A stretch of DNA of 64,000 bases, from positions 352,001 through 416,000 of the forward strand of contig CAVXTH010000006.1 in the NCBI GenBank assembly GCA_963764625.1, read 5' to 3'. The position numbers and the translations under genes were made by a program. The notes beneath the pieces were generated by a model that made no database searches, was not told where the DNA came from, and saw only the letters and a program-made list of their open reading frames with translations. Source of the stretch: Candidatus Krumholzibacteriota bacterium. GTDB taxonomy: Bacteria; Krumholzibacteriota; Krumholzibacteriia; JAJRXK01. Shown here piece after piece: positions 29,031-37,779 of this stretch; within the stretch, counting starts at the first letter, position 1; each line of letters opens with the position of its first letter.

Positions 29031-29894
29031 ATGATCGTCCAGTGTGCAGAATGCAAGACTTCCTACCGGCTTCAGGCCGAACTCGTTCCCCCGCGAAGGG
29101 TCCAGACGCGATGCAACCGCTGTGGACACGTCTTTGCCATCGTTGGACCAGAAGCAGGCGGCCAAGGTTTCACGGCGAGTCGCGGACCGAACGCAGCGGC
29201 CTCGATCGCACCGCAGGCACCGACTTCGTCCAACCGCTACGGTGATGTTGATCTCGGCGCGGCGCCAGCGCGAGAAGAGACCCGTGCCGCTCCACCGTTC
29301 GTACCGCCTCTGGCCCCCGCTCCGCAGGCTCCGGCCCGCGCGGCGAATCCCACGCCCCCCCAAGCTGCTCCGGCTCCGGCCGCGGCCCACGACTCCGCTC
29401 CGATTTCCGGCGGGCGGGACATGGATCTCCAGCTCGAGAGGTCCGAAGGCTTTCCGGCGGCGTCTCCACGGAACCGTGATGTGGCGGGCGTGAATTCCCC
29501 GGCTGCTGCGCCCATGGAGCCGGCGCGTCGCTCGGGTGTCGCGCTCGAGACTCCTCCCAATGGCACTCCCTCCTCGTTCCGCGAACTGGATCTGGACGAG
29601 ACCGCTCTCAACGCAGCTCCCAGCGATGAGGCTCCGGCCAACCCCGAGGAGCAACGCAAGCACGACAAGTCGCGTCGTCTCGCCCGGGCCCTGGTGAGCG
29701 ACATCCTGGTCTACAACCGCGCCAAGCGCGATGCCGCGCTCCAGTCCGGCAAGTTGGTGCAGGAGCTGGGTCCGGAGATCAAGAAGTCCTGGGAAGTCTA
29801 CAAGGAGCGCGTGACCCCCGAGGTGGCGAACTCCACCAACCATTTTCGCGAGGCTCTGAATGACATCCTGGCGGATGGTCAGCCGATTTTCTGA
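29031..29894 (+). CDS. MJ0042-type zinc-ribbon protein with Pro/Ala linker and conserved-looking C-terminal helical domain
   Basis: MIVQCAECKTSY...RCNRCGHVF zinc ribbon; C-terminal RRLARALVSDILVYN...F.EALNDILA domain. Confidence 0.8.
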   Translation: MIVQCAECKTSYRLQAELVPPRRVQTRCNRCGHVFAIVGPEAGGQGFTASRGPNAAASIAPQAPTSSNRYGDVDLGAAPAREETRAAPPFVPPLAPAPQAPARAANPTPPQAAPAPAAAHDSAPISGGRDMDLQLERSEGFPAASPRNRDVAGVNSPAAAPMEPARRSGVALETPPNGTPSSFRELDLDETALNAAPSDEAPANPEEQRKHDKSRRLARALVSDILVYNRAKRDAALQSGKLVQELGPEIKKSWEVYKERVTPEVANSTNHFREALNDILADGQPIF

Positions 29895-29933
29895 AAGTAC
29901 AATAGTTTAACACTTTCATTTAAAGTGAAAACT

Positions 29934-29968
29934 GAAAAACCCCGGCACCGTAGGCGCCGGGGTTTTTC
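29934..29968. terminator. Bidirectional intrinsic terminator
   Basis: GAAAAACCCCGGCACC-GTA-GGCGCCGGGGTTTTTC between convergent genes, with A- and T-tracts on both sides. Confidence 0.85.
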
Positions 29969-29989
29969 GTGCTGCCAAGCGAGGCGAGT

Positions 29990-30442
29990 TCAGTCGCTCT
30001 TGTCCCACTTCTTGTCGCTGATCTCCTGGAGGATCCCGTCGATCTGGCCGCGGATCCGCATGTTCTGGTCCGGCTCGAAAAGAGCTTTCTTCACGCGACC
30101 GTACTTGTCCTTCTTCACGAAGCGCAGGGACTGGAGCGAGCTCATGGGGACGAGGATGTCCTTGCAGACCTGGACCTCGACGTCGCGGCCCTCGACCGTT
30201 TGCGGGGGATTGTTATCCGGGTGCATCCCCAGGCCCCACCCGTGCACGACCATGGAGCAGATGAGGGCGCGGAAGGTGTTCTGCCCCTGACTGGTCTCGA
30301 GGTCGATGCTGCCTTGCACCTTCTGGATGACTCCGTCGACCACGTAGCTGAGCTTCCGCGCGACCGAAGGCGAGACCTTCATGTTCAAGAGTCGGCTGAA
30401 CATTTCGGCCAGAATTTTGTCCGTGCTACTCGTTTTCTCCAC
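29990..30442 (-). CDS. Hypothetical protein (150 aa)
   Basis: GTG start with a GAGGAGG RBS, GC3-biased codons, and a terminator downstream; no recognised family. Confidence 0.75.
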   Translation of the reverse strand: MEKTSSTDKILAEMFSRLLNMKVSPSVARKLSYVVDGVIQKVQGSIDLETSQGQNTFRALICSMVVHGWGLGMHPDNNPPQTVEGRDVEVQVCKDILVPMSSLQSLRFVKKDKYGRVKKALFEPDQNMRIRGQIDGILQEISDKKWDKSD

Positions 30443-30532
30443 CGGGAGCCTCCTCGCGGCTTCGCGAGTCGGGAATTGACGGCCGCTCTCTCTCGCGTGA
30501 GGGAGGGAGGGCGAAGGGGTCTCCCGAAGGAA

Positions 30533-30548
30533 TGCAAGGGTGGTGCCC
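30533..30548 (-). promoter_or_regulatory. Sigma54 (-24/-12) promoter
   Basis: Minus strand GGGCACCACCCTTGCA: GG-N10-GC, ~90 nt upstream of the 150-aa gene. Confidence 0.6.
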
Positions 30549-30694
30549 GAAGTTCAGGGACCCCGTGGCTGGCTAAAGCTCGGTTCCGATCGGCCGATTG
30601 CGCCCGGCGGGCAAGGGAGAGCCGGCCCCGGGAGGGGTGCATCCTTCCCCGAAAGGGTGGGAGGAGGACCAAGACGGAGCCTGCCTGCCCAGGA

Positions 30695-30709
30695 TGGCAT
30701 GGAGATTGC
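30695..30709 (+). promoter_or_regulatory. Sigma54 (-24/-12) promoter
   Basis: TGGCATGGAGATTGC, near-consensus, ~80 nt upstream of the mglA ATG. Confidence 0.7.
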
Positions 30710-30788
30710 CTTGGATCTCAGTGCGCGAAGTCGATCGCTCTTCGCCGCAAATGTGGCGAGACGCATTCCACGATCCCTGCGAGACACC

Positions 30789-32306
30789 ATGGTCGTCTAT
30801 AACTACAGCGGTAAGGAAATCAACGCGAAGATCGTCTATTACGGTCCCGCGCTCAGCGGTAAGACCACCAATCTGGAGTGGATCTACTCGAAGATCCCTC
30901 TGGAGTACTCGGGCAAGATGATCTCGCTGCGAACCCAAACTGACCGCACGATTTTCTTCGATTTCCTCCCCTTGGAGCTGGGGCTGATCGATGGCTTCAA
31001 GACTCGCTTCATGCTCTACACGGTACCCGGGCAGGTCTACTACAACGCCACCCGGAAGATGGTGCTCAAGGGAGCCGATGGAGTGGTCTTCGTCGCGGAC
31101 AGCGAAGAGGACCGGATGGAGGACAACCTGGAGAGTCTGCAAAACCTCAAGGACAATCTGGAAGAGATCGGCCTGGATCCTCACACCATTCCGATCGTCT
31201 TGCAGTGGAACAAGCGTGATTTACCCTCAACGGTCGAAACCGAGCAGCTGGAGCGCCAACTCAACCCGGAAGGCCATCCCTCCTTCGCCGCCTGCGCGCT
31301 AACCGGCGAGGGCGTGTACGAATCCCTGCACCAGATCAGCCGCATGATCTACCGCAATCTCACCACCGAAGAGGGAATGGTTCCTGCGGCGAACCAGAAT
31401 CCCGAGAACGTTTCCTCGCTCTTTGGCGAGGACATCGAGGCCCGCCTGCGGGACGTGGACTACCCGGACCCGACCCTCAAGGACTCCGTGACTCTGCAGG
31501 GTTCTCCCACGGTCGGCGGCGCGAGCTCGAAGGATACGGATGTGCTGAGCTCGATCCTGGGCAGCTTGAACTCCCCAGTCCTGAACGAGGACAAGAGCGA
31601 ACAATCTCAGGAGAGTGCCGAGACGGTGGCGGTGGGGGCGCGGACGGCGGCTGCGGCTGGCGAGGGACAGTCCCCCGTCGGTTCACAATCAGGATTCGAA
31701 ACGAAAGGCCCAGAGAACATGTCCCAGAGGCCCACCCCATCCGGCGATTCGCTGGCAGAGCGTCAGATTGGCTCGGATCAGTCCAGGAGCCAGCCCACGC
31801 GCCCGATCCAGCCCGCGCCGACAAGAGCTCACTCCCAAGAATCTCCTCTCGTGGACGAAGCAGTGGCGGATCTCGTCGACAGCCTCTTTAGCCCCAGTGA
31901 AGAGGGTGCAAGCGAAGAGCCCGTCGAGAACGACGAACTGGCCTATGAATCCGACTTTGGCCGCATGGTCGATCTGGGACCGGACTCCCAGGCGGGGAAG
32001 CGTGCGCCCGAAGAAGAGGATTTCGAACTCCCGGCCGACCTGCTCGAATCCGGTGCCTTCAGCGCTGTTGTGGCCGAAGAGGAAGAGGAGCCGGAATCTC
32101 TGGAGCTCATCACCGACCCACGTAAGAAACCGGCCGATTCGGGCTCGGGTCCGGGAATGCCGCTCAGTGCGGATTTCCAGACCGGTGCATTCAAGCCTCT
32201 TTCAGGGGGTACGCGCACGATCGAAGTGCCCGTGACCCTCGACGCGGATCTGTTGGACGAGGGTCAATCGGTCCGGATCATTCTGAATCTGAAGCTGCTT
32301 CGCTGA
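30789..32306 (+). CDS. mglA: MglA-family small GTPase with long acidic C-terminal extension
   Basis: EINAKIVYYGPALSGKTTNL, DRTIFFDFLPL, YTVPGQVYY, GADGVVFVADS and NKRDL motifs, then ~310 aa of acidic low-complexity tail. Confidence 0.88.
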   Translation: MVVYNYSGKEINAKIVYYGPALSGKTTNLEWIYSKIPLEYSGKMISLRTQTDRTIFFDFLPLELGLIDGFKTRFMLYTVPGQVYYNATRKMVLKGADGVVFVADSEEDRMEDNLESLQNLKDNLEEIGLDPHTIPIVLQWNKRDLPSTVETEQLERQLNPEGHPSFAACALTGEGVYESLHQISRMIYRNLTTEEGMVPAANQNPENVSSLFGEDIEARLRDVDYPDPTLKDSVTLQGSPTVGGASSKDTDVLSSILGSLNSPVLNEDKSEQSQESAETVAVGARTAAAAGEGQSPVGSQSGFETKGPENMSQRPTPSGDSLAERQIGSDQSRSQPTRPIQPAPTRAHSQESPLVDEAVADLVDSLFSPSEEGASEEPVENDELAYESDFGRMVDLGPDSQAGKRAPEEEDFELPADLLESGAFSAVVAEEEEEPESLELITDPRKKPADSGSGPGMPLSADFQTGAFKPLSGGTRTIEVPVTLDADLLDEGQSVRIILNLKLLR

Positions 32307-32343
32307 GCGGACGCGTACCAACCCAGCGAGCGCGCACCTGATC

Positions 32344-32380
32344 GAGCCGGAGGCGGATTGCCTCCGGCTCTCGTTTCGTT
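32344..32380 (+). terminator. Intrinsic terminator
   Basis: GAGCCGGAGGC-GGATT-GCCTCCGGCTC followed by TCGTTTCGTT. Confidence 0.7.
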
Positions 32381-32396
32381 CCCTTCCGCGACGAGA

Positions 32397-32425
32397 TTGA
32401 CAGCGAACCCGGTGCGTCCTAGCCT
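32397..32425 (+). promoter_or_regulatory. Sigma70-type promoter
   Basis: TTGACA, 17-bp spacer, TAGCCT upstream of the TPR-trpA-uppP-moeA operon. Confidence 0.7.
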
Positions 32426-32467
32426 GCGCTGAGACCGCCTCTGGTTCCCCATCTCAGGTCGTGATCG

Positions 32468-33319
32468 ATGTCTGAAGCTTCGCTGCGGTTGCAATCGACG
32501 AATGATGATCCCGTTGCGCGGGCTCGTGTGCTCGAGAACGAAGGACGTCTCGAGGAAGCGATGCAAGTACTGGCCGCGCTCCCCGAAGGGCCCCGTTCCT
32601 CGGCGGACGCCAGCTACCGCGTGGCGCACATCTGCCTGCAACAGGGGAAGTTGGAGGAGGCGGAATCCTGGCTCCGCCAAACCCTGAACTTGCGCTACGA
32701 GGATGCACGTGCGCATACGAATCTCGGAGTGGTTCTCGATCTGCGTGGCCGTCACCAGGATGCGATCCGGGCCTTTCGCAGGGCGATCCAGCTGGCTCCC
32801 GACGAACCCGCGGCGTACCTGAATCTGGGCGCGATCTACGGCGAGCTCGGACGTCACGAAGATGCGGTCCGCTGTCTCGAGCGCTGCCTCGAGCTGGCAC
32901 CGGCCTTCGATGCGATGTTCAACCTGGCTCTGGTGCGCTTGCGCCAGGGCGAATTGGCTCCAGCGGAGAGACTCCTCGAGAGCGCTCTGAACGAGAGTGG
33001 AGATCATCCTCTGGCCCACTACTACTTGGGGCTCTGTCGTTCGCGTCGCGGGCTGCTTAAGGAAGCCACGCACGCCTTCGAAGCCGCGCTGGCGTGCAAC
33101 GCCGATCTCGTGCGTGCGCGCTATCACCTGGGAAAGGTTCATCGCCGTCTCGGTCATCCTCACGACGCGGTGCGGGAGCTCAAGAAGGTGGCGCATGCCC
33201 TCCCCGACGATGCGCAGGTCATGCGCGAGTTGGGTTTCGCCTACGACGCACTCTCCTTGAAATCGGAGTCTCTCCGGTGCTTTCGTCGAGCTCGCATGCT
33301 CGACGAGACGGACAGTTGA
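32468..33319 (+). CDS. Tetratricopeptide repeat protein
   Basis: Canonical TPRs (AHTNLGVVL, AYLNLGAIY, AMFNLAL, ARYHLG). Confidence 0.85.
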   Translation: MSEASLRLQSTNDDPVARARVLENEGRLEEAMQVLAALPEGPRSSADASYRVAHICLQQGKLEEAESWLRQTLNLRYEDARAHTNLGVVLDLRGRHQDAIRAFRRAIQLAPDEPAAYLNLGAIYGELGRHEDAVRCLERCLELAPAFDAMFNLALVRLRQGELAPAERLLESALNESGDHPLAHYYLGLCRSRRGLLKEATHAFEAALACNADLVRARYHLGKVHRRLGHPHDAVRELKKVAHALPDDAQVMRELGFAYDALSLKSESLRCFRRARMLDETDS

Positions 33320-33342
33320 ATGTTGGCCAGGCAGGACTCCCG

Positions 33343-34158
33343 GTGAATCCGCGAACTCCCAAGACGCCCCCTTCGGTGCGGGGTGCGCTCCTCGCGGCGC
33401 GCGCGCGTGGGCACTGTGCCCTCGTTCCCTACCTCACCCTGGGCTATCCCTCGCTCGACGCCAGCCTGGAGTTGCTCGCCGGGCTCGAGGAGCTGGGAGT
33501 GGACGTGGTCGAGCTGGGAGTGCCCTTCAGTGATCCGGTGGCCGACGGCCCCACCATCCAGCGCACGATCGAGGCGGCCCTCGCCCAGGGCGTGACGCTT
33601 CGCAAGATCCTGAAGCGGCTCGATCCCTCGAATTCTCACACCCCGCGCGTGCTCTTCAGCTATTTCAATCCCCTCCTGAGCTTCGGTCTACGCGAGCTGC
33701 CGGCCGCTCTCGCCCCGTGCGGAGTGGGGGCCGCCTTGGTGACGGACCTCGTGGTCGAGGAAGCCAGCGAATTCAGGCACATCGCGCAAGAGGGAGGGCT
33801 CGAGCTGTGCTTCCTGGTGGCGTCGACCTCCGGAGTGGAGCGTTTGCGACGAGCCGCCGAGGCGAGCACCGGCTTCGTGTATTGCGTGGCCACACTGGGA
33901 GTCACGGGATCACGAACCAGCCTCGACGAGAGCGCGCGCGAGACCGTCCTCCGCTTGCGGGGCCAGAGCGAGGCGCCAGTCGCGGTCGGATTCGGAATCT
34001 CTTCGGCGGAGGACGTCACGCGGGTGCGTCAGTTCGCCGATGGTGTGGTGGTAGGGAGTGCGTTTCTGCGCGCCCTCGGGAACGAGACGAAGGCACCGAT
34101 CGTTCGACAGAGAGGTGTGGAGTTTCTGGGTCCTTTGCTGGAGGCGGCTCGTGCTTGA
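33343..34158 (+). CDS. trpA: Tryptophan synthase alpha subunit
   Basis: PYLTLGYP, ELGVPFSDPVADGPTIQ, GFVY...GVTG, VGFGIS and ADGVVVGSA motifs; start uncertain (33316 or 33343). Confidence 0.92.
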   Translation: MNPRTPKTPPSVRGALLAARARGHCALVPYLTLGYPSLDASLELLAGLEELGVDVVELGVPFSDPVADGPTIQRTIEAALAQGVTLRKILKRLDPSNSHTPRVLFSYFNPLLSFGLRELPAALAPCGVGAALVTDLVVEEASEFRHIAQEGGLELCFLVASTSGVERLRRAAEASTGFVYCVATLGVTGSRTSLDESARETVLRLRGQSEAPVAVGFGISSAEDVTRVRQFADGVVVGSAFLRALGNETKAPIVRQRGVEFLGPLLEAARA

Positions 34159-34942
34159 TCCTGCTCACCTATCGCTGCTCCTGCTGGCACTCATTCAGGG
34201 AGCCACGGAATTTTTGCCCGTGAGCAGCAGCGGGCATCTCGCCCTCGTGCAGCTTCTGCCCTGGATTCACGCCGGCGGAATTTTCGAAGACGTCATGTTG
34301 CATCTGGGCACCCTGGGCGCGATCGTGGTGTTCTATCGGCGCGATCTGAGGGATTTACTCGTCGGGTCCATTGCGCGCAGTAGCTCAGGGAGGCAAGCGC
34401 GCCGCTATCTCGGTCTCCTCGTGCTCGGCAGCGTCCCCGCGGGAGTCATCGGAGTGCTCTTTGCCGATCGGGTGGAGAGCGCGTTCGGTCACGTGGTTTT
34501 CGTCCTCACGACCTTGGCGCTGACCGGTGTATTGCTGAAGCTGAGCGACCGCATCCCGCGCCGCGATTTCGAGTTGACCGCCCGAATCGCGTTCCTGGTC
34601 GGATGTGCGCAGGCGGTGGCGATTCTGCCGGGGTTCTCGCGCAGCGGCTGGACGATCGTGGCCGGGCTCGCTCTGGGACTGAAGCCCAAGGAGAGCGCTC
34701 GCTTCAGTTTCCTACTTTCGGTTCCGGCGATCCTGGGAGCCACCCTTCTCCAACTCGTCCACTTCCATGGCCAGCACAGCCCCTGGGCTGCTCTCGTTCC
34801 CGCCATGATCGTGGCCTTCGTGGTGGGCCTGCTCTGCTTGGGTTGGCTGGTCCGACTGGTCCAGCACATGTCGCTGGGACGCTTCGCCTACTATCTCTGG
34901 GCTCTCTGCCTCGGCGTTGCGCTCGTGCTCGTGCTTGTTTAG
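34151..34942 (+). CDS. uppP: Undecaprenyl-diphosphatase UppP/BacA
   Basis: QGATEFLPVSSSGHL, HLGT, PGFSRSG.TI and RFSFLLSVPAI motifs. Confidence 0.95.
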   Translation: MLDPAHLSLLLLALIQGATEFLPVSSSGHLALVQLLPWIHAGGIFEDVMLHLGTLGAIVVFYRRDLRDLLVGSIARSSSGRQARRYLGLLVLGSVPAGVIGVLFADRVESAFGHVVFVLTTLALTGVLLKLSDRIPRRDFELTARIAFLVGCAQAVAILPGFSRSGWTIVAGLALGLKPKESARFSFLLSVPAILGATLLQLVHFHGQHSPWAALVPAMIVAFVVGLLCLGWLVRLVQHMSLGRFAYYLWALCLGVALVLVLV

Positions 34943-34952
34943 GAATCACTGC

Positions 34953-36191
34953 ATGAACTCGCTCCGCGTGGAAGAAGCTCGTCGTCTGCTGTGGGATACG
35001 GTGCAAAGAGGTCCCACCCAACGGATCGGGCTCTCGGAGTGCCTGGGAAAGGTGCTGGCGGAGGATCTCGCCAGCGACCTGGATTTCCCGCCCTTTGATC
35101 GTGTCACCATGGATGGCTACGCGGTTCGCGCCGAGGATCTGCAGTCCGCTTCGGCGGAGAATCCCACGACTCTCGAGGTGGCGGGCGCGACCCTCGCGGG
35201 CAGCCCGTTTACGGGAAGCCTCGGCGCGGGACAGGCGGTGAAGGCCATGACCGGCGCCGTCCTACCTCATGGGGCGAATGCGGTGGTGCCAGTCGAAGAC
35301 ACCGCCGGCTTCGACGACGTGCGCGCCGTCATTCACCGGGCTCCGCTCCCCGCGGCGAACATCGCGAGGCAGGGCGAAGACTCGCGCCGCGGAGAGCTCA
35401 TCCTGCGCGCGGGAACCCATCTCACCAGCCGTCACGTGCAGACTCTGGCCTCGGCGGGACACGCCGTGGTTCCGGTCGTACGGCCTCCACTTTCGGGCGT
35501 GGCCTCCACCGGGGACGAGCTGGTGCCGATCGAAGCCCTGCCGGGTCCGGGACAGATCCGCGAGAGCAACAATGCCTGCGTGCGCGCTTCGTTAGCGGAG
35601 TGGGGAATCGCGTGCACCGAGCTGGGATCGTTCGGTGATGACCGAACTCGCCTGAGAGAGGGTCTGCGCGAGGCGCTCGCGCGGTACGAATTGCTGATTC
35701 TCAGCGGGGGAGTGAGCAAGGGGGAGAAGGACCTGGTCAAGCCGGTGCTGCAGGAGCTGGGGGTCACGCTGCGCTTTCAGAGCCTGCATCTCAAGCCGGG
35801 TCACCCCGCGGTTTTCGGGACGCATCCTGGGGGGATGGTCTTCGCCCTGCCGGGCAATCCAGTGGCGGTCTACGTGGGGCTCCGCGCCGTCTTCAGCGCC
35901 GGCCTGCGCAAGCGACTGGGATACCTGCGGGCGACCCCGCCGCGCGCCTGGGGTCAAATGGGCTTTAAATTTATTCGTAAGGGTAATCGTCCAAATTACT
36001 TACCTGTAGTACTTGAAGAAAATTCTAAAGAAGATTTACCCCTCGTGCTCTCCACTTCGCACCACGGCTCGGGTGATTTTCGCAGTCTGGCCGAGGCGGA
36101 TGCCCTGGCCTGGTTCGACGATGGGCGGGAGGTCTTTGCCGAAGGAGAACGGGTGGAGATTCTCCGTCTGGACCCGCTGCACTCGGCTTGA
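34953..36191 (+). CDS. moeA: Molybdopterin molybdotransferase MoeA
   Basis: PPFDR..MDGYAVR, MTGA.LP.GA.AVV, STGDEL, SGGVSKG..D, KPG.P and LPGNP motifs. Confidence 0.93.
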   Translation: MNSLRVEEARRLLWDTVQRGPTQRIGLSECLGKVLAEDLASDLDFPPFDRVTMDGYAVRAEDLQSASAENPTTLEVAGATLAGSPFTGSLGAGQAVKAMTGAVLPHGANAVVPVEDTAGFDDVRAVIHRAPLPAANIARQGEDSRRGELILRAGTHLTSRHVQTLASAGHAVVPVVRPPLSGVASTGDELVPIEALPGPGQIRESNNACVRASLAEWGIACTELGSFGDDRTRLREGLREALARYELLILSGGVSKGEKDLVKPVLQELGVTLRFQSLHLKPGHPAVFGTHPGGMVFALPGNPVAVYVGLRAVFSAGLRKRLGYLRATPPRAWGQMGFKFIRKGNRPNYLPVVLEENSKEDLPLVLSTSHHGSGDFRSLAEADALAWFDDGREVFAEGERVEILRLDPLHSA

Positions 36192-36273
36192 GGCTTGACC
36201 GTCCCCGGCCGTCGTCACGATCTTGAGGACGCCCGCATATTTCTCTCTTTCTCACTCTCTGGAGTTGAGCTTC

Positions 36274-37644
36274 ATGCGCAGACCCCCTCGTTCGTTCTCG
36301 CCGCGCCTCCGCTGGATTTCGGCCGAGTTCCGCACCACAGCCATTTCCCAAGTTCTGGTCCTCGGTTTTCTTGCCTGGGGTCTGCTCTCCTGCAGCAAGG
36401 GGAGCAGCGATGGAGGCACCGATCCGGGCGGCATCTTCAACCGGCCGCCCGAGGTCTCCGAGGTCCAATGGAGCAATCTCCACTTGCTGTATATCGCGGG
36501 TGATTTCTTGAGCATGACCGTCGCCGCGAGCGACGCCGATGGAGACTCGCTGCGCTACTCCTGGGAATGGGTCACGGCACCGGGAGGCAGCTTCGATGAT
36601 CCGAGCCACAAAAGCGTTGGTCTCACCGTGGGCGCGACCCCCGGGGTCTTTCAGGCCAAGGTGACGGTGAGCGACGGGGCGGCCAGCGTCAGTCGAGCGG
36701 TCGGCTTCGAAGTGGGAACGGAACTGGATGCGACGATCAGCGGCAGCACCACCTGGACCGCCGCCGGTTCTCCCTACGTGGTCACCCAGGATGTGACCGT
36801 GCCGGTGGGCGCCACCCTGACGGTGGAGCCGGGGGTCAAAGTGCAGTTGCGCGAACACTTCTCGGGTGCAGCCTTGGTGAACTCCGGGATCAGTGTCCAG
36901 GGCGCCCTCCACGCGGTGGGCACGGGAACCGCGCCGGTGGACTTCGGCGGCAACGCGAACGGCTCCTCCACCGACATCACGCAGAGCGGAATCGAGCTCA
37001 AGGCCGGTGGCGAGCTGGAGCTGCGCTTCTTTCGGCTTTCTCAGGCTTCGGTGGGTGTGCTGAAGCAAGGCGCGAGCACTTGCGTGATCGAGGACGGGAG
37101 ATTCAATTCCTGCCAGGCGGCCTACCAGGGCCTCATCGACGCGGGAAGCACGCCGACCAGCGTCTTGCGACGAGTGGAAATCCGGGATTGCGCCGGCAGG
37201 GGGATCTTTCTCAACCAGGGCGACCTCACGCTGGACGAAGTCTCGGTACGGAATTCCAAGGGGGCTGGGGTCTTCCTCTCCAGCAATCAGGATCTGGTCA
37301 CCACCAGCGCGGTTCTTCGCCGCTGCGAGCTGGATAGCAACGAGGGCGGAAATCTCGTCCTGGACGGAAACGCCACGGTGGACATGGGATGCTGCAATCT
37401 CATCCCCGCCAGTGGAGACGGCAAAAACGTGACATTCCAGGCCAATAATAAGGCACCGGCCGGGGTGCTCCCCATGGTCGACTGCTTCTGGGGGCTCTCC
37501 TCTCCGCAGGACGAGGAGGAGATCCGGAATGCCACCTTCGAAGGGCGGCTGGATCAGGCTACCTGGGCCCGGGACACCGATCTGAGCGGCTTCCGCGCCG
37601 CGGCCATCGACTTCACCAACCCCGGCGACCCCTGTAACCAGTAG
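36274..37644 (+). CDS. Lipoprotein with Ig-like and right-handed beta-helix domains
   Basis: Lipobox LLSC, NRPP...ASDADGDSLRYSW Ig domain, and TTWT..GSPY.V..DV.V..GATLTVEPGV beta-helix cap. Confidence 0.7.
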   Translation: MRRPPRSFSPRLRWISAEFRTTAISQVLVLGFLAWGLLSCSKGSSDGGTDPGGIFNRPPEVSEVQWSNLHLLYIAGDFLSMTVAASDADGDSLRYSWEWVTAPGGSFDDPSHKSVGLTVGATPGVFQAKVTVSDGAASVSRAVGFEVGTELDATISGSTTWTAAGSPYVVTQDVTVPVGATLTVEPGVKVQLREHFSGAALVNSGISVQGALHAVGTGTAPVDFGGNANGSSTDITQSGIELKAGGELELRFFRLSQASVGVLKQGASTCVIEDGRFNSCQAAYQGLIDAGSTPTSVLRRVEIRDCAGRGIFLNQGDLTLDEVSVRNSKGAGVFLSSNQDLVTTSAVLRRCELDSNEGGNLVLDGNATVDMGCCNLIPASGDGKNVTFQANNKAPAGVLPMVDCFWGLSSPQDEEEIRNATFEGRLDQATWARDTDLSGFRAAAIDFTNPGDPCNQ

Positions 37645-37678
37645 GCGGACGCCTCTTGGCCCGCTCCCGGCCCGGGGC

Positions 37679-37694
37679 GGGCATACCCCTTGCA
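37679..37694 (+). promoter_or_regulatory. Sigma54 (-24/-12) promoter
   Basis: GGGCATACCCCTTGCA: GG-N10-GC, ~85 nt upstream of the SPFH gene. Confidence 0.6.
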
Positions 37695-37779
37695 TTCTGA
37701 ACCGCGGGGGCCCGAGCGCCCTCAGCCTCGTCGTGCCCGAGGGCACGCGTCCGATGGGGGGTCGCCGTCTGGAGATATC

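Noticed and set aside
29906-29932. AT-rich imperfect palindrome (GTTTAACACTTT-CATTT-AAAGTGAAAAC) considered as a dif/Xer site
   Set aside because: Lacks the CATAA-N6-TTATG core. It may simply be part of the AT-rich terminator region.
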